Positions 33,264 through 43,588 of a stretch of 64,000 bases of DNA are shown in pieces. The stretch spans positions 256,001 through 320,000 of the forward strand of contig CAVSCK010000003.1 in the NCBI GenBank assembly GCA_963726455.1. The letters run 5' to 3'. Position numbers and translations under genes: made by a program. This DNA is from an uncultured bacterium (lineage in GTDB: Bacteria > Zixibacteria > MSB-5A5 > CAIYYT01). The notes beneath the pieces are model-generated. The model worked only from the letters and a program-made list of their open reading frames with translations. It did not search any database and was not told the DNA's origin. Every line of letters starts with the position of its first letter. Within the stretch, counting starts at the first letter, position 1.

Positions 33264-33400
33264 GGCGGGTTTGTAGTGCTCTTGTTGGTAATTGCTCAGG
33301 TCAGGGTGAGAAGAATGAGCCGAGGGGAGCAGAAGTCGCCGGAAGTCCCCACTCGCTGAGTGGGGTACCGAGTGGCAGAAAAAGTCTACGAACTGCTCAA

Positions 33401-34180
33401 CTAAATTGGGTGCTTGAGAATTATGTTGTCCACCAAGTCCTCGATGACACTCACGACTTTGCTTCGGTGAACTTCCACGGTAGAGGGATGAGCGCAAGTA
33501 TTCCGGATACCGAGTTTCTCATCAAGAAGTTTCCGGACGTCGTTAGTTATGACACCGGCCGAGCGAGCGACTTCGATAAACACGGATTCTTTCAAATCCG
33601 CGAAGTCGTCTTTCACGCTGATAGTAGTCTTTGCACAGTGATCCTTGCGCCTCGCAAGTGCTGCGTTGAACTCCGCGAGTTTGTGCTTGAGTATGAAGTC
33701 ATACAGATGATCTACGGTACCTGCCCACGCCATCACAATTGTCGCCCGGGGCGCATCCACCGCTAGGCACGAGGCGGCTTCAGCCATGAATTTCCGTTGA
33801 TTGTCGTCGCCAATTTTTGCGACAGTCTTCTTCAAATAGTTTAGAGCGTCAGCGATCATGGCATCGACCACTGCGGAACTAGGGCCCGTTCCTGACAAAT
33901 AGCTCTCGACCTCATCCAATCCAGGCATGTTAAGCGAGAAGGAGTCTCTTGCGCTTCCTCTCGCCAAAAGTGAGTTCTTCCCTTTGGCTAATAACCGGAG
34001 CTGAACTCTGAGGTCGGACGGCGGCTTGAGTAACCCGCGACAAACGTCTTCCATATCTGCTGCAGTGAATTCCACCATGCCTTTGTATTGGCGAAGATAA
34101 TAGGCGAGCAGGAGAATCTTCGATTTCCGCGAGAAATCCCGAAAATTGGGTATGCCTCTAAGAAATTCAAGCAGTGTCAT
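33401..34180 (-). CDS. Putative winged-helix plus HEPN-like RNase protein
   Basis: N-terminal KILLLAYYL..EFTAADM..FSLNMPGLDEVE (wHTH-like); C-terminal EAASCL....RATIVMAW..IRNTCAHP (RxxxxH). Confidence 0.72.
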   Translation of the reverse strand: MTLLEFLRGIPNFRDFSRKSKILLLAYYLRQYKGMVEFTAADMEDVCRGLLKPPSDLRVQLRLLAKGKNSLLARGSARDSFSLNMPGLDEVESYLSGTGPSSAVVDAMIADALNYLKKTVAKIGDDNQRKFMAEAASCLAVDAPRATIVMAWAGTVDHLYDFILKHKLAEFNAALARRKDHCAKTTISVKDDFADLKESVFIEVARSAGVITNDVRKLLDEKLGIRNTCAHPSTVEVHRSKVVSVIEDLVDNIILKHPI

Positions 34181-34187
34181 GAATTCC

Positions 34188-34637
34188 TCACATGCTTGAG
34201 AGCGTTGAATCCGCGGACAGCGTAAGTGAGTACTTGCCGCGACTATGCATGCGAAGTAGTCCCTGCTTCACCGCATTCGAAAAATATTGGCTATGGATGT
34301 CCTTTGGTAGTCTCGCCTCTTTGCCCAACTTATTCACATCTTCACGGCTAAACGCAGACATGCCGCGATACACTTCGAGGTACTTTCCGAGGATCAGAAT
34401 TTGTGAGATTCCATCCTCCTTCCCCTTTTCGCGATAGAACTCAGCAGGAGTGGGTTCCTTTTCACCAGCGGGCGCAGAGGGTGGTTCAAGTATGTCTTGC
34501 TTGATCTTCGACGCGGGCGGGCGGGTGACCGCATCTTTCATACGCGAATAATAATCTGCCAACTGCGCTTTGATGAAATCATCTGAACCATCCAATTCGA
34601 TCTCATGTTCGCCGTGTTTGATCCTAATCTTGCTCAC
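34188..34637 (-). CDS. Hypothetical protein with C-terminal winged-helix-like domain
   Basis: SD AGGAGG 7 nt before GTG; KIRIKHGEHEIELDGS N-terminus; ILILGKYL..FSREDV..SNAVKQGLL..YSLTLSA. Confidence 0.72.
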   Translation of the reverse strand: MSKIRIKHGEHEIELDGSDDFIKAQLADYYSRMKDAVTRPPASKIKQDILEPPSAPAGEKEPTPAEFYREKGKEDGISQILILGKYLEVYRGMSAFSREDVNKLGKEARLPKDIHSQYFSNAVKQGLLRMHSRGKYSLTLSADSTLSSM

Positions 34638-34912
34638 CTGCAATCCTCCTCTTTTCCTTGTTGTTTCCAAGGCTGTCTTTGTGACTTCAGGATAGACCTA
34701 TTCACGAATTTCGCGTCTGGACAGCAGTCTAAGTGCATTTGCTCCTGACTCGACACTGGTCGATCCCTCCTATGGATTGTTAATGACAATATCGTCTTTA
34801 AGGTTGCGTTTCTGTTGAGGCGTGTCAAGTGCTATTTCAGTGTGGTAAACGATTCTGCAACAGGTCACAGTCGCAAGGCGCGAAGTGAGATCTGCCGTAA
34901 CAGTGAATCAGC

Positions 34913-35066
34913 CTGGATTCCCGCCTGCGCGGGAATGACATAGCTCCGGGACATACGAGATGATTCCGTCAGGAAAGGGTTCCTGACGGCGCACGAGTCA
35001 TCGCGGCAGGCGAGGACGACTGCCGCGCACAGCGCACGGGGAATTCCCGCCTGGGCGGAAACGACA
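34913..35066. repeat. Mixed REP-like cluster (three families)
   Basis: ctggattcccgcctgcgcgggaatgaca 34913-34940; ccgtcaggaaagggttcctgacggcgcac 34966-34994; inverted array unit 35003-35030; degenerate attcccgc hairpin near 35041-35066. Confidence 0.85.
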
Positions 35067-35075
35067 GGCGCGGGA

Positions 35076-36261
35076 TCAGTACTTATCCAGCCCCAGTGCC
35101 TTCTCGTATTTAGTCGCGATGGCGTCTGGGGAGAAGCGGCGTTCGGCGTCGGATTTGGCGTTGGTGATTAGCTGGTGATAGAGTTGGTCGTCGGTGAGGA
35201 GGCCTTTGAGTTGTGTTGCCAGTTGATTGACGTTGCCCGGTTCGAAGAGCAGGCCGGTTTCGTGATCGCGAATGATATCGGTGATGCCGCCGGAGCGCGC
35301 GCCGATGACGGCCGAGCCGGAAAGTTGCGCTTCGACCAGCGTCATGCCGAATCCCTCATTGATCGACGGCAGTACGGTGATGCGTGCGGATGGATATATT
35401 TTGGCCAACTGCTCCTGCGGCACCGGTGATTTGAGAAATACTTTGTCGGTCAGTGAGAGTTCAGCGAGTTGCGCGCGCAGTGCTCGTTCTCTGTCGCCCT
35501 CACCATAAATTTCGCAGATGAACTCCAGCCGTTCGTTGTCGAGTATCTTCAAGGCCGACAGCAGCACATCCAATTGCTTCTGTTGGGTAAATCGCGCGAC
35601 CACCAATATCAGCGGCGACACGCGTTCGAATACCGGCTGCTTGCCGAACAAATCGGTGCGCGCCGGCATGGGACAGACTTCGATCTTCGCAGGAGTGGTC
35701 AGATCGAGATCGAGCGCAATCTCGCGCAGATAATTCGACACCACAAACGCCTTGGTAGTGCGCTTATAGATCATCCGCGCCAGCGAGCGCATCAAACCGC
35801 TCTTCTTCAGCAGGACGATGTCGGTGCCGTGGCTGGTGACATAAAGTTTCTTGCCGCGAAACACCGAGACCAGCCAGCCGACAATACCGGACGGCAACAG
35901 CCAGTGCGCAAAAATCACATCGGGCTTTTCGCGATTGACCAATTCGATGGCTTTGGTGATAAAGCCGAACATGAACAGCAGAAACTTGAGGAATCCGAGC
36001 GGACTCGCCACCTGCTTGTGCATGTTGCCGGCGTACGCAAGCGTCTCGCTCTTTTCGGGGGCATAGCGAAAGCGATGGACCTTTAAGATAGTCCCCTTTT
36101 TCCTCGGCCGCCGCTCCCGCAAAATGGGGGGCGATTACATCCACGGTGATTTGTCTGGCGCGAAATTGGTCGACCAACTCCTTCAGAAAAACACCGGCGT
36201 AGTCACCCTCCCAACGCGGATAGTTATGCGTGAGAATGAGTACTTTTCTACTCGGCCCCAT
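35076..36261 (-). CDS. Glycosyltransferase family 4 (one indel near 5' end)
   Basis: LTHNYPRW..AGVF, HWLLPSG, TSHGTD, EGFGMTLVEA. Confidence 0.9.
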
Positions 36262-37635
36262 TTCTCGTTTCTTCGCTCGGCGACGGAGGCAATTCCCTCA
36301 GCTTTATCGACGGTGGCTCAGAACCACCGGTTCGGAGATTTGCGGCGGCGCCGGCGGCTGCGATTGCTGCTCACCTTGCGGCGGCTGCACCCGATCGGGT
36401 GGGCGTTCGCGACGATCACGACGTTGATTCGGCCGACGCGGACGTCGTCCTTCTCTCGGACCGCCACGATCACCGCGGTCTGGGCCGATCACCACGTTCC
36501 GGGCGGTCGCCTCTCGGCCCGCGATCACTGCGTTCCGGACGATCACGCCGATCCGGACGATCGCCTTTCCGGCCGTGTCGCTGCGTTCCACCTGCGGCCG
36601 ATCCTGCGAAAAGGCCGGCTCCGGCTTCCGCGTTCTCTCGTGAACGGGACGGTGGTCCCCCGCGCGATCCCATGTGCTCCATCTGCTGCGTCATCGCTTA
36701 TTCTGTTCCTTCATATCTTGCAGCGAATCGCGCAAGTAAACCAGCGCTTCGGTAATGATGCCCATCACAAACAGAATCAGAGACGATGAATTCCATCAGA
36801 ATCACCGCATACAGCAGAGGTCGATAGCCTGGTGCGGCTCGTGAACGAAGCGTTCATAGAATGCCACACCCGCAACAACTAAGCCGGCAAAGAAGAAGAA
36901 CAGCGACCATTTGCCGAACAAGTGCATCGGATCACCGAACACTGAGACCTGAAACTTGACGGCGATCAGATCGGTGAAGCCCTTGATGATGCGTGACGAT
37001 CCCCGGAATTTGCTCTTGCCGGAATGCCGTTTGGACAGATTGACCGGCATCTCGCGCACCACGAAATCTTTCGCGGCCGCAAATGCCGCCAGATAACGAT
37101 GCCAGCCCTCACGCATCGGTCGGCAGACTATCGTAGACTTCGCGCGTGAACGCCTTGACTGAGTTCATGTCGGTGACTTTGAGTTTCGGGAAGAGCATTC
37201 GGGTCAGCAGATTGTAAAACCAAGCTCACCATTTTCTTGCCGTAAGCGCCGACTTTCTTGCCGCAGACCATATCGGCGCCATTTTCGATGGCATCAACCA
37301 TGCGGGGAATGTCGCGCGGATGGAATTGGAGGTCAGCCGGGTAGAATACCAGGATGTCGCCCCGTGCGGCGGCAAAGCCCGCGTTCAGCGCCGTCGTCAG
37401 CCCCATTCGTACCCGGTTCTTTACCAGTCGCACGTAATGGTAGCGGCGCATCGCGTCGACCATTTTCAGTTCGGTCTTGTCGGTCGAGCCGTCATTTACG
37501 AAAATGACTTCCGCCTGAAAATTGCAGTTGCGGAAGGTGTTGTCGAATTCGGTCATCAACGGCTCGATGATTCCCTTCTTCGTTGAGGGCGGGAACTACG
37601 ATCGAGACCTTCGTTCGTCTATTTCGTCCATTCAT
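36248..37635 (-). CDS. Glycosyltransferase family 2 (ArnC/Dpm-like, two C-terminal TM helices) with long Arg/Asp-rich tail (split by indels)
   Basis: VSIVVPALNEE, FVNDGSTD, ADLQFHPRDIP, WHRYL, GKSKF; tail DRPDRRDRPERSDRGPRGDR. Confidence 0.8.
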
Positions 37636-37638
37636 CGT

Positions 37639-39832
37639 TTACTTGCGTCTTTCCAAATTAGAAATCGTTTCTGCCAGTTTCTTGTCCTGAAGTGAACAGG
37701 CGTCTGGCAATTTTCAAGTACACGAGCGCCGAGTCGAAATAGGCCGGGTTGCCGACAGTTGCTTCGGCACTGCCAGAAAGGCAGTAGCCCAAGCCGCGGG
37801 CGCTCAGCGGGTCTCCCGGAGAGAACTGCTGTGCCTTGCGGAAATAACCGAGCGCGTCGTCGTACTTGTTTTGGGCATAGAGGGCGTCAGCCACGATACA
37901 GGTTCGCCGAGTAGTTGGGTTTGTCCGCCGACACGAACCGCTTGCAGATACGACATTCGCCGAATCGTCGTTTTGCTGACTCCATAAACTCCTGCGACCG
38001 TTCGTAATCCGACGGCACATACTGACTCGCCTGCTGCATTGCCGGTCACATTGCTGATACGATACAGTCGTACCGGGAATCCGCGAATTATGTAGCGAGT
38101 GATGAAGCCGCGCGGCTCATCATCTCGGCATAATCTTCGCGGGCCCGTTTTTCGTTTCCGTCGTCCATCACCAGGTGCGTGATCGGATACTTCGAAAACA
38201 GCTCCTTGTCGGCCTGCGTCACGCCAAACATGTGAATCACGCTGCCGAAGTGATTGTCCTGCGTCAGCGCCGGACCATAAGGACCGGAAATCACTGCGCC
38301 CTGATTCAGAATCGCGGCCAGATCACGGTCGGCGGTGATCAGCGAGTATGGCGACTTCCCGCCCAGGTCACGAACTTCACCGCGTTCAGGACGATGAGGA
38401 ACAGCACGACCAATCCCGAGGCCGCGACTCCATACACGATGACCTGTCGTGAAACGCGTTTGATCGTCCACCGTATCAGGGCAATCAATGCGGCCACCAC
38501 CAGGAGTACCAGCGCGTATGGCAGAATACCTTGCCGCATCGACATCACCATACTGCCGTTACCGGAGGACGCGATCCAGAGCAGGATCTGCGTCACCAGG
38601 GGCAACAGCCAGATGGCTACGACAGCGACAAATAGTACCGGCTTGCGTTTGTCCGTATGTTCGTGCGATTTACCTTTGGCGGAGCAGCAGCTTGAGCCGG
38701 ATGCCGCAAGTAGTCGAACGCATAGGCCAGCGCCACACCTGCCATTGCCATCGCCGGGAACATCAACGTGGTCTGATACCGTAGCGGTCGATAGTTCCAC
38801 GGGAACAGCGCCAGGTAGCCGATCACAAACCAGGCGAACAGCATAACCCAGCCGAGATTGAATTCGCCGAAGAGCTTCTTCCCGGTCTTCCGGCCGACAA
38901 ACCAGTTGAGCACGCCGACACCGAACAGGAACGCGAGAATCGTCACGACCGGCATCTTGACGAAGAAATCGCGCTCCCAGATCAGCGAGACATACTGCCA
39001 GATGAAGTCGTTGATCGAATCCAGTGCCTTTGGGCGCCCCGTAAAGGCCGACTGCCTGCTCTGACAGATAGCCGGCGAATTGTCCGCGCGACGGCAGATA
39101 GATGATGAACAACCACGCCAACGTTGCGATCGCAAATCCGGCGTAGAAGCGAATCGCCGATTTGATGACTGCCTTGCGGTTTTCGGCGTCATTCAGATAG
39201 AGCACCAGCCAAACCAGCGTAAAGCTTCCCAGCATGAACAACGCGATCATCTTGCCGAAGAAGGCGGCGATGGCACAAGCCAAACCGGCGGCGGCATAGT
39301 AGAGCCCGTTATCTTTGCCGCGCGAAAACAGATAGACGGAGCCGCAGAGCCAGAAGTTCTGCGATGCCTCCAGAAACGGCGTTCGCGCAAACCAGGTCAG
39401 CGTGAAATCAAACGACGCAATGATAGCGAAAAACAACGCCCCCAATCGCGAACCATAATTTTTCAACGCCAGCGCCAGCAGCCAGATCGACGCCAGATTG
39501 AAGATCACGCCGACGACGTTCCCCTGCGCCCGGCCGGTTCCGAACAGGTTGAAGACGATCAGCGCCAGCAGATTCTGGCTCGACTTCTCCCACTGGCTGA
39601 AACGCGGATCGTTATAGGGATTGGCCGTTCCCTGATCGACCGTGTTCTTGGCGAAGTAAACGTACTGAAACGGATCGGTGGAGAAGTCCTGCGACTTGGT
39701 GATGCCCATCGGCGGGTCGGCATCGAGATAGGTAACCCGAAATACGAGCGCGATCAAAAGAATGACGCCGAGTATCAGGTAGAATGACTTCCCCGATACT
39801 GCGGCATCAATCTTCTTGATCAGTTTCTCCAA
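37639..39832 (-). CDS. Membrane GT-C (ArnT/PMT-like) glycosyltransferase with C-terminal TPR (split by indels)
   Basis: Multiple TM helices, FARTPFLEA, TPR-like ADALYAQNKYDDALGYFRKA. Confidence 0.7.
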
Positions 39833-39841
39833 ATCGGAATC

Positions 39842-40939
39842 CTACTTGAACGCTTTGATCTTCTCGGCAGCGTACTTGATCTGCTCTTCCGTCAACTCCG
39901 GAAACATCGGCAGACTTACGATTTCCGAGGTAACCTTTTCCGTCACCGGATAGGCGCCCTTGCCAAGTCCCAGATGGCGATAAGCGTTCTGCAAATGCAC
40001 CGGAATCGGATAGTGAATCAAGCTGCTGACACCCTCGCCCTGCAGGTAGGCAATCAGGTCGTCACGGCGCTTGTGCCTGATCACGAACAAGTGATAGATG
40101 TGCTTGCAACCTTCACCCTCAATCGGCACAATCACGCCGGTTCCCGCCAGATACTTGCGATACAAATCGGCGTTTTTCCGGCGCGCATCGTTCCAGCTAT
40201 CGAGATGCGGCAGCTTCGTATGCAGCACCGCGCCCTGAATACCTTCCATGCGATAGTTATATCCGACGACATCATGATAGTATTTCTTCGCCGATCCGTG
40301 ATCTCTGAACTTCCGAAGTTTCTCCGCCAGGGCCGGATCAGAGGTCGTTATGGCTCCGCCTTCGCCGTACGCACCCAGATTCTTGCCGGGATAAAACGAG
40401 AAACAGCCCATCACGCCCATGCAACCCGTCGGTTTGCCTTTGTACGTGGCACCATGCGCTTGCGCGGAATCTTCGATCACCGCAATCTTGTGCTTGCGCG
40501 CAATTTCCAGAATCGGATCCATGTCCGCCGGTTGACCATAGAGATGAACCGGCAAGATCGCTTTGGTCTTGCGAGTGATTTTCGCTTCCAATTTGGTCGG
40601 GTCAAGACAGTAAGTCTTTTCGTCGCAATCGACCAGCACCACGGACGCGCCGGTGTAACTGATTGCCTCACAAGTGGCTATGAACGTATTGGCGGCGGTA
40701 ATGACTTCGTCGCCGGGGCCGATTTCCAATGCCAAAAGCGCCATGTGCAGCGCGGTCGTGCCACTATTTACGGCAATACAATCGGTGGTATGGCAGTATT
40801 CAGCGAATGCCTTCTCGAATCCAAACACGTACTTGCCAAGAACGAATGCGGCATCGGCGCAAACGCTCTGCATGGCCGGGTCAATTTCGTGCTTTATCGA
40901 CTGGTACTGAGCCTTCAGGTCTAAGAACGGAACTTGCAT
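39842..40939 (-). CDS. DegT/DnrJ/EryC1/StrS sugar aminotransferase
   Basis: VPFLDLKAQY, VHLYGQPAD, EDSAQAHGA, FSFYPGKNLGAYGEGG. Confidence 0.95.
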   Translation of the reverse strand: MQVPFLDLKAQYQSIKHEIDPAMQSVCADAAFVLGKYVFGFEKAFAEYCHTTDCIAVNSGTTALHMALLALEIGPGDEVITAANTFIATCEAISYTGASVVLVDCDEKTYCLDPTKLEAKITRKTKAILPVHLYGQPADMDPILEIARKHKIAVIEDSAQAHGATYKGKPTGCMGVMGCFSFYPGKNLGAYGEGGAITTSDPALAEKLRKFRDHGSAKKYYHDVVGYNYRMEGIQGAVLHTKLPHLDSWNDARRKNADLYRKYLAGTGVIVPIEGEGCKHIYHLFVIRHKRRDDLIAYLQGEGVSSLIHYPIPVHLQNAYRHLGLGKGAYPVTEKVTSEIVSLPMFPELTEEQIKYAAEKIKAFK

Positions 40940-41021
40940 ACTATCTCCTCAGTGCAAAATAATCCTCGTAAGTAACCAATTCGGCAGTAGTTGTCAAGGG
41001 TTTCCGGGTGAGGGTAGTGGG

Positions 41022-41471
41022 TCAGTTTGGATTCTGCATGTCTGAAATTGCGCTCAATATCTTTAATTTTAGTTCTTCGCTATCCATTGTATCGTTCATC
41101 ACAGCAGAAATAATTTCACGAAGAAGTTCCTTCCTAATCTTTCCTCCGGCTACATGATAGCTGATATTTTCCATCTCTCGGATGAACCGACCAGCCACAA
41201 AAACATATCCATTATTGACGAGGAACTTTGCTCCGAGAGCTATTGCTATTCTCTTGTTACCGTCCTGAAAGCAATGAAAATTGCACGCTGAGAAGAATAG
41301 ATGTGTAAGCTTGTCTTCAAAGGTTGGATAATAGTCATCATTCTGCATATGGCAAAGCACACCTCCAAGTGTACCAAGGTCGAGATGGCCCAGAAGGCCT
41401 CCCCCGCTAATCTCAACAGTCTTTCTATGAACTTCAATAGCTTGCTCAATCGTTATGTAGATAAGTGCCAC
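41022..41471 (-). CDS. Fic/Doc family toxin
   Basis: HCFQDGNKR motif (Doc-type Lys); TAGTG overlap with the upstream gene. Confidence 0.88.
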   Translation of the reverse strand: MALIYITIEQAIEVHRKTVEISGGGLLGHLDLGTLGGVLCHMQNDDYYPTFEDKLTHLFFSACNFHCFQDGNKRIAIALGAKFLVNNGYVFVAGRFIREMENISYHVAGGKIRKELLREIISAVMNDTMDSEELKLKILSAISDMQNPN

Positions 41472-42502
41472 TACTTGCGTTCCTTGAGGCGCTTGAATAC
41501 TTCCTTGGCATCTTCGAGACGCTCGATGAGTTCTTTGCTCTTTTCACCCAGGAAACGTTCGAACTCAGCGGATTCCAGTGGAGTCAAGTACTCCTTCAAT
41601 TGAAGATGCAAAGCTTCTCTAAATGCGAGATCACGTTTGGCCATCTTAATACGCGCGTCATCTAGAAGGGGTTTCCAGTGAGGCTGAGCTTCAAATTCTG
41701 CAAATAAAGTATCGACTTCCCACGAGGTAAGCTTGCGACCCACTTTATTGTGGGCTTCTTCAAGTATCTTCGCAAATCCGTACTCATACGATGAAATAAG
41801 TCGAAGGATTTCTGAATAGAGTGTATCCCTAACTTCCTCACTCTTCTTCAAGCGGAGAATCTTCCGGTACTCCTGTGCATTTTCTTTGAAAATGCTCACG
41901 TATATTTTGTTCGTGTAGGCGGGGTACTTGAAATTGCCCATCTCGACATAGTCTCTTAGGGCATCAGTAAATTCTTTGCGATAGTTTTCTTCCCTGAAGT
42001 AGGTGACTATAAAGTCTTCGTCGCGCTGGTTGATATATTTGGTTCCGCCGCCAGTTCTCTGATTTATTGTATCAATTACAATGTCAAGAATGGCCTGTCG
42101 AAGAAGTCTGGCGCGTTCGCTTTCTGTGATTAGCATGGCAAGGTTTAGAAAGGCACGAAAGTCAAATATCCCAAGCGTCGTGGTTTTGTGCAAACTTTTG
42201 CCTATGAAACGAGTTTCGTTAGCAAACTGCTTCTTTACAGCTATTTTGTACTCCCGTAAAGACTTACCCCGCAAAACCTCGTAGCCATTTTGCCTCAATT
42301 CTGATTCGAATCTGGACAGATAGTTGTCGATTGTACGGGGATCAACCTCAAAGAACTCCGCAACTTGTTCCTTTACTAGAGTCATTTTCCCTTGAAACTC
42401 AATTCCTCGCCAATTAGTGGCCTTCTTGACTTCCTCGACCGCGTAGGGATTGTTGAGAATATTCTGACGGTCAATATCTGAGCTGGTTAAGTCTTTACCC
42501 AT
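41471..42502 (-). CDS. DNA-binding protein with RhuM/ORF6N-like N-terminal domain
   Basis: KEQVAEFFEVDPRTIDNYL, FLNLAMLITESERA; AT-rich. Confidence 0.65.
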   Translation of the reverse strand: MGKDLTSSDIDRQNILNNPYAVEEVKKATNWRGIEFQGKMTLVKEQVAEFFEVDPRTIDNYLSRFESELRQNGYEVLRGKSLREYKIAVKKQFANETRFIGKSLHKTTTLGIFDFRAFLNLAMLITESERARLLRQAILDIVIDTINQRTGGGTKYINQRDEDFIVTYFREENYRKEFTDALRDYVEMGNFKYPAYTNKIYVSIFKENAQEYRKILRLKKSEEVRDTLYSEILRLISSYEYGFAKILEEAHNKVGRKLTSWEVDTLFAEFEAQPHWKPLLDDARIKMAKRDLAFREALHLQLKEYLTPLESAEFERFLGEKSKELIERLEDAKEVFKRLKERK

Positions 42503-42640
42503 TTGCTGCTGCTAACACTTTCCGATTGTTTTTGGACTTCGTCTTATGGTGGCATTTCCGGCTTCGGCACTCACACATTAAACGCAAACCATTCTAAATA
42601 TATCTTTAGCAGGGAAAACGGGTAGAGCTATTTTGTTTGT

Positions 42641-42748
42641 ATGACTAAGCGGTCACTCAGTAAGCAAAGAAGGCTCACCAAGCAGCAACGTAGTGATGCG
42701 GCGCGGAAAGCCGCAAGAGTAAGGTGGAAATCAAAGAAACCTCGTTAA
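42641..42748 (+). CDS. 35-aa basic microprotein (LT.EQRS..ARKAA..RW motif)
   Basis: MTKRSLSKQRRLTKQQRSDAARKAARVRWKSKKPR*; TATTTT 6 nt before the ATG. Confidence 0.6.
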   Translation: MTKRSLSKQRRLTKQQRSDAARKAARVRWKSKKPR

Positions 42749-42820
42749 CTTAACGAGTGCACGGCTTAGTAGCTCTCTCACCAATTGGCTCTATATAGTG
42801 GTTCTTGTAGCGAAAAACGG

Positions 42821-43570
42821 CTACGCTTTCCCGTTTCCCCGTCTTGTCTTTGACGCCGCTTCGCAAAAACTCGCGAACAACTTGCGGCTGTAGACATCGC
42901 AGCCCCAGCTTTCCGGATGCCACTGGACGGCGATTGAATATCCGTCACCTTCGATGGCCTCGATCACGCCGTCGGAGGCAGTGGCGGAGACTTTCAGTCC
43001 GTGGCCCAGTTGCCTGATCCCCTGATGGTGTCCCGTATTGGTCTCGATGTGGTCAACGCCAAGTATTTCACGCAGCCGAGTGCCCGCTCTGATTTCGACC
43101 TCATGCCGCGTCGAAAAATCAAGTTCCCCCACTTGACCGTGATTGCCCGCACCCGGCATCTGGCTCAAATCCTGATACAATGTCCCGCCGGCGGCAACAT
43201 TGAGAATCTGCAGCCCGCGACAGACTCCCAGAATTGGAAGGCGCAACTTGAGGCATTCGCTGATCAATCTCACTTCAAACTGATCGCGCCTCGGCATCAT
43301 CGGCTTGCTGATCGGCTCAAGCTGTTCTCCGTAGAGTTGCGGATGGATATCCTCGCCGCCGACCAGGTACAACCCGTCAATCATCCGGCAATAGTGCTCA
43401 ATTCGGTCCGGCCGTTCGCTGGCCGGAATGCCGATGGGGATGCCGCCCTGATCCTCGACTGCCTCATAGTATTGTTCCTTGAGAAACTCAAACCGATATG
43501 CCGGCTGCGACGCGAAGTTGTGGTCTTCGGCGGCCAGCGCCAGCACAATGCCGATCACCGGATGACTCAA
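42821..43570 (-). CDS. Gamma-glutamyl-gamma-aminobutyrate hydrolase family (peptidase C26, PuuD-like)
   Basis: GGEDIHP, LGVCRGLQILNVAAGGTLYQD, HHQG, VQWHPE. Confidence 0.92.
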   Translation of the reverse strand: MSHPVIGIVLALAAEDHNFASQPAYRFEFLKEQYYEAVEDQGGIPIGIPASERPDRIEHYCRMIDGLYLVGGEDIHPQLYGEQLEPISKPMMPRRDQFEVRLISECLKLRLPILGVCRGLQILNVAAGGTLYQDLSQMPGAGNHGQVGELDFSTRHEVEIRAGTRLREILGVDHIETNTGHHQGIRQLGHGLKVSATASDGVIEAIEGDGYSIAVQWHPESWGCDVYSRKLFASFCEAASKTRRGNGKA

Positions 43571-43588
43571 GCGCCACCTGCTCTCAAA

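Noticed and set aside
33002-33766. 254-aa plus-strand ORF
   Set aside because: Its 3' half is antisense to the HEPN gene and its 5' half translates a purine-rich non-coding tract; no recognisable motifs.
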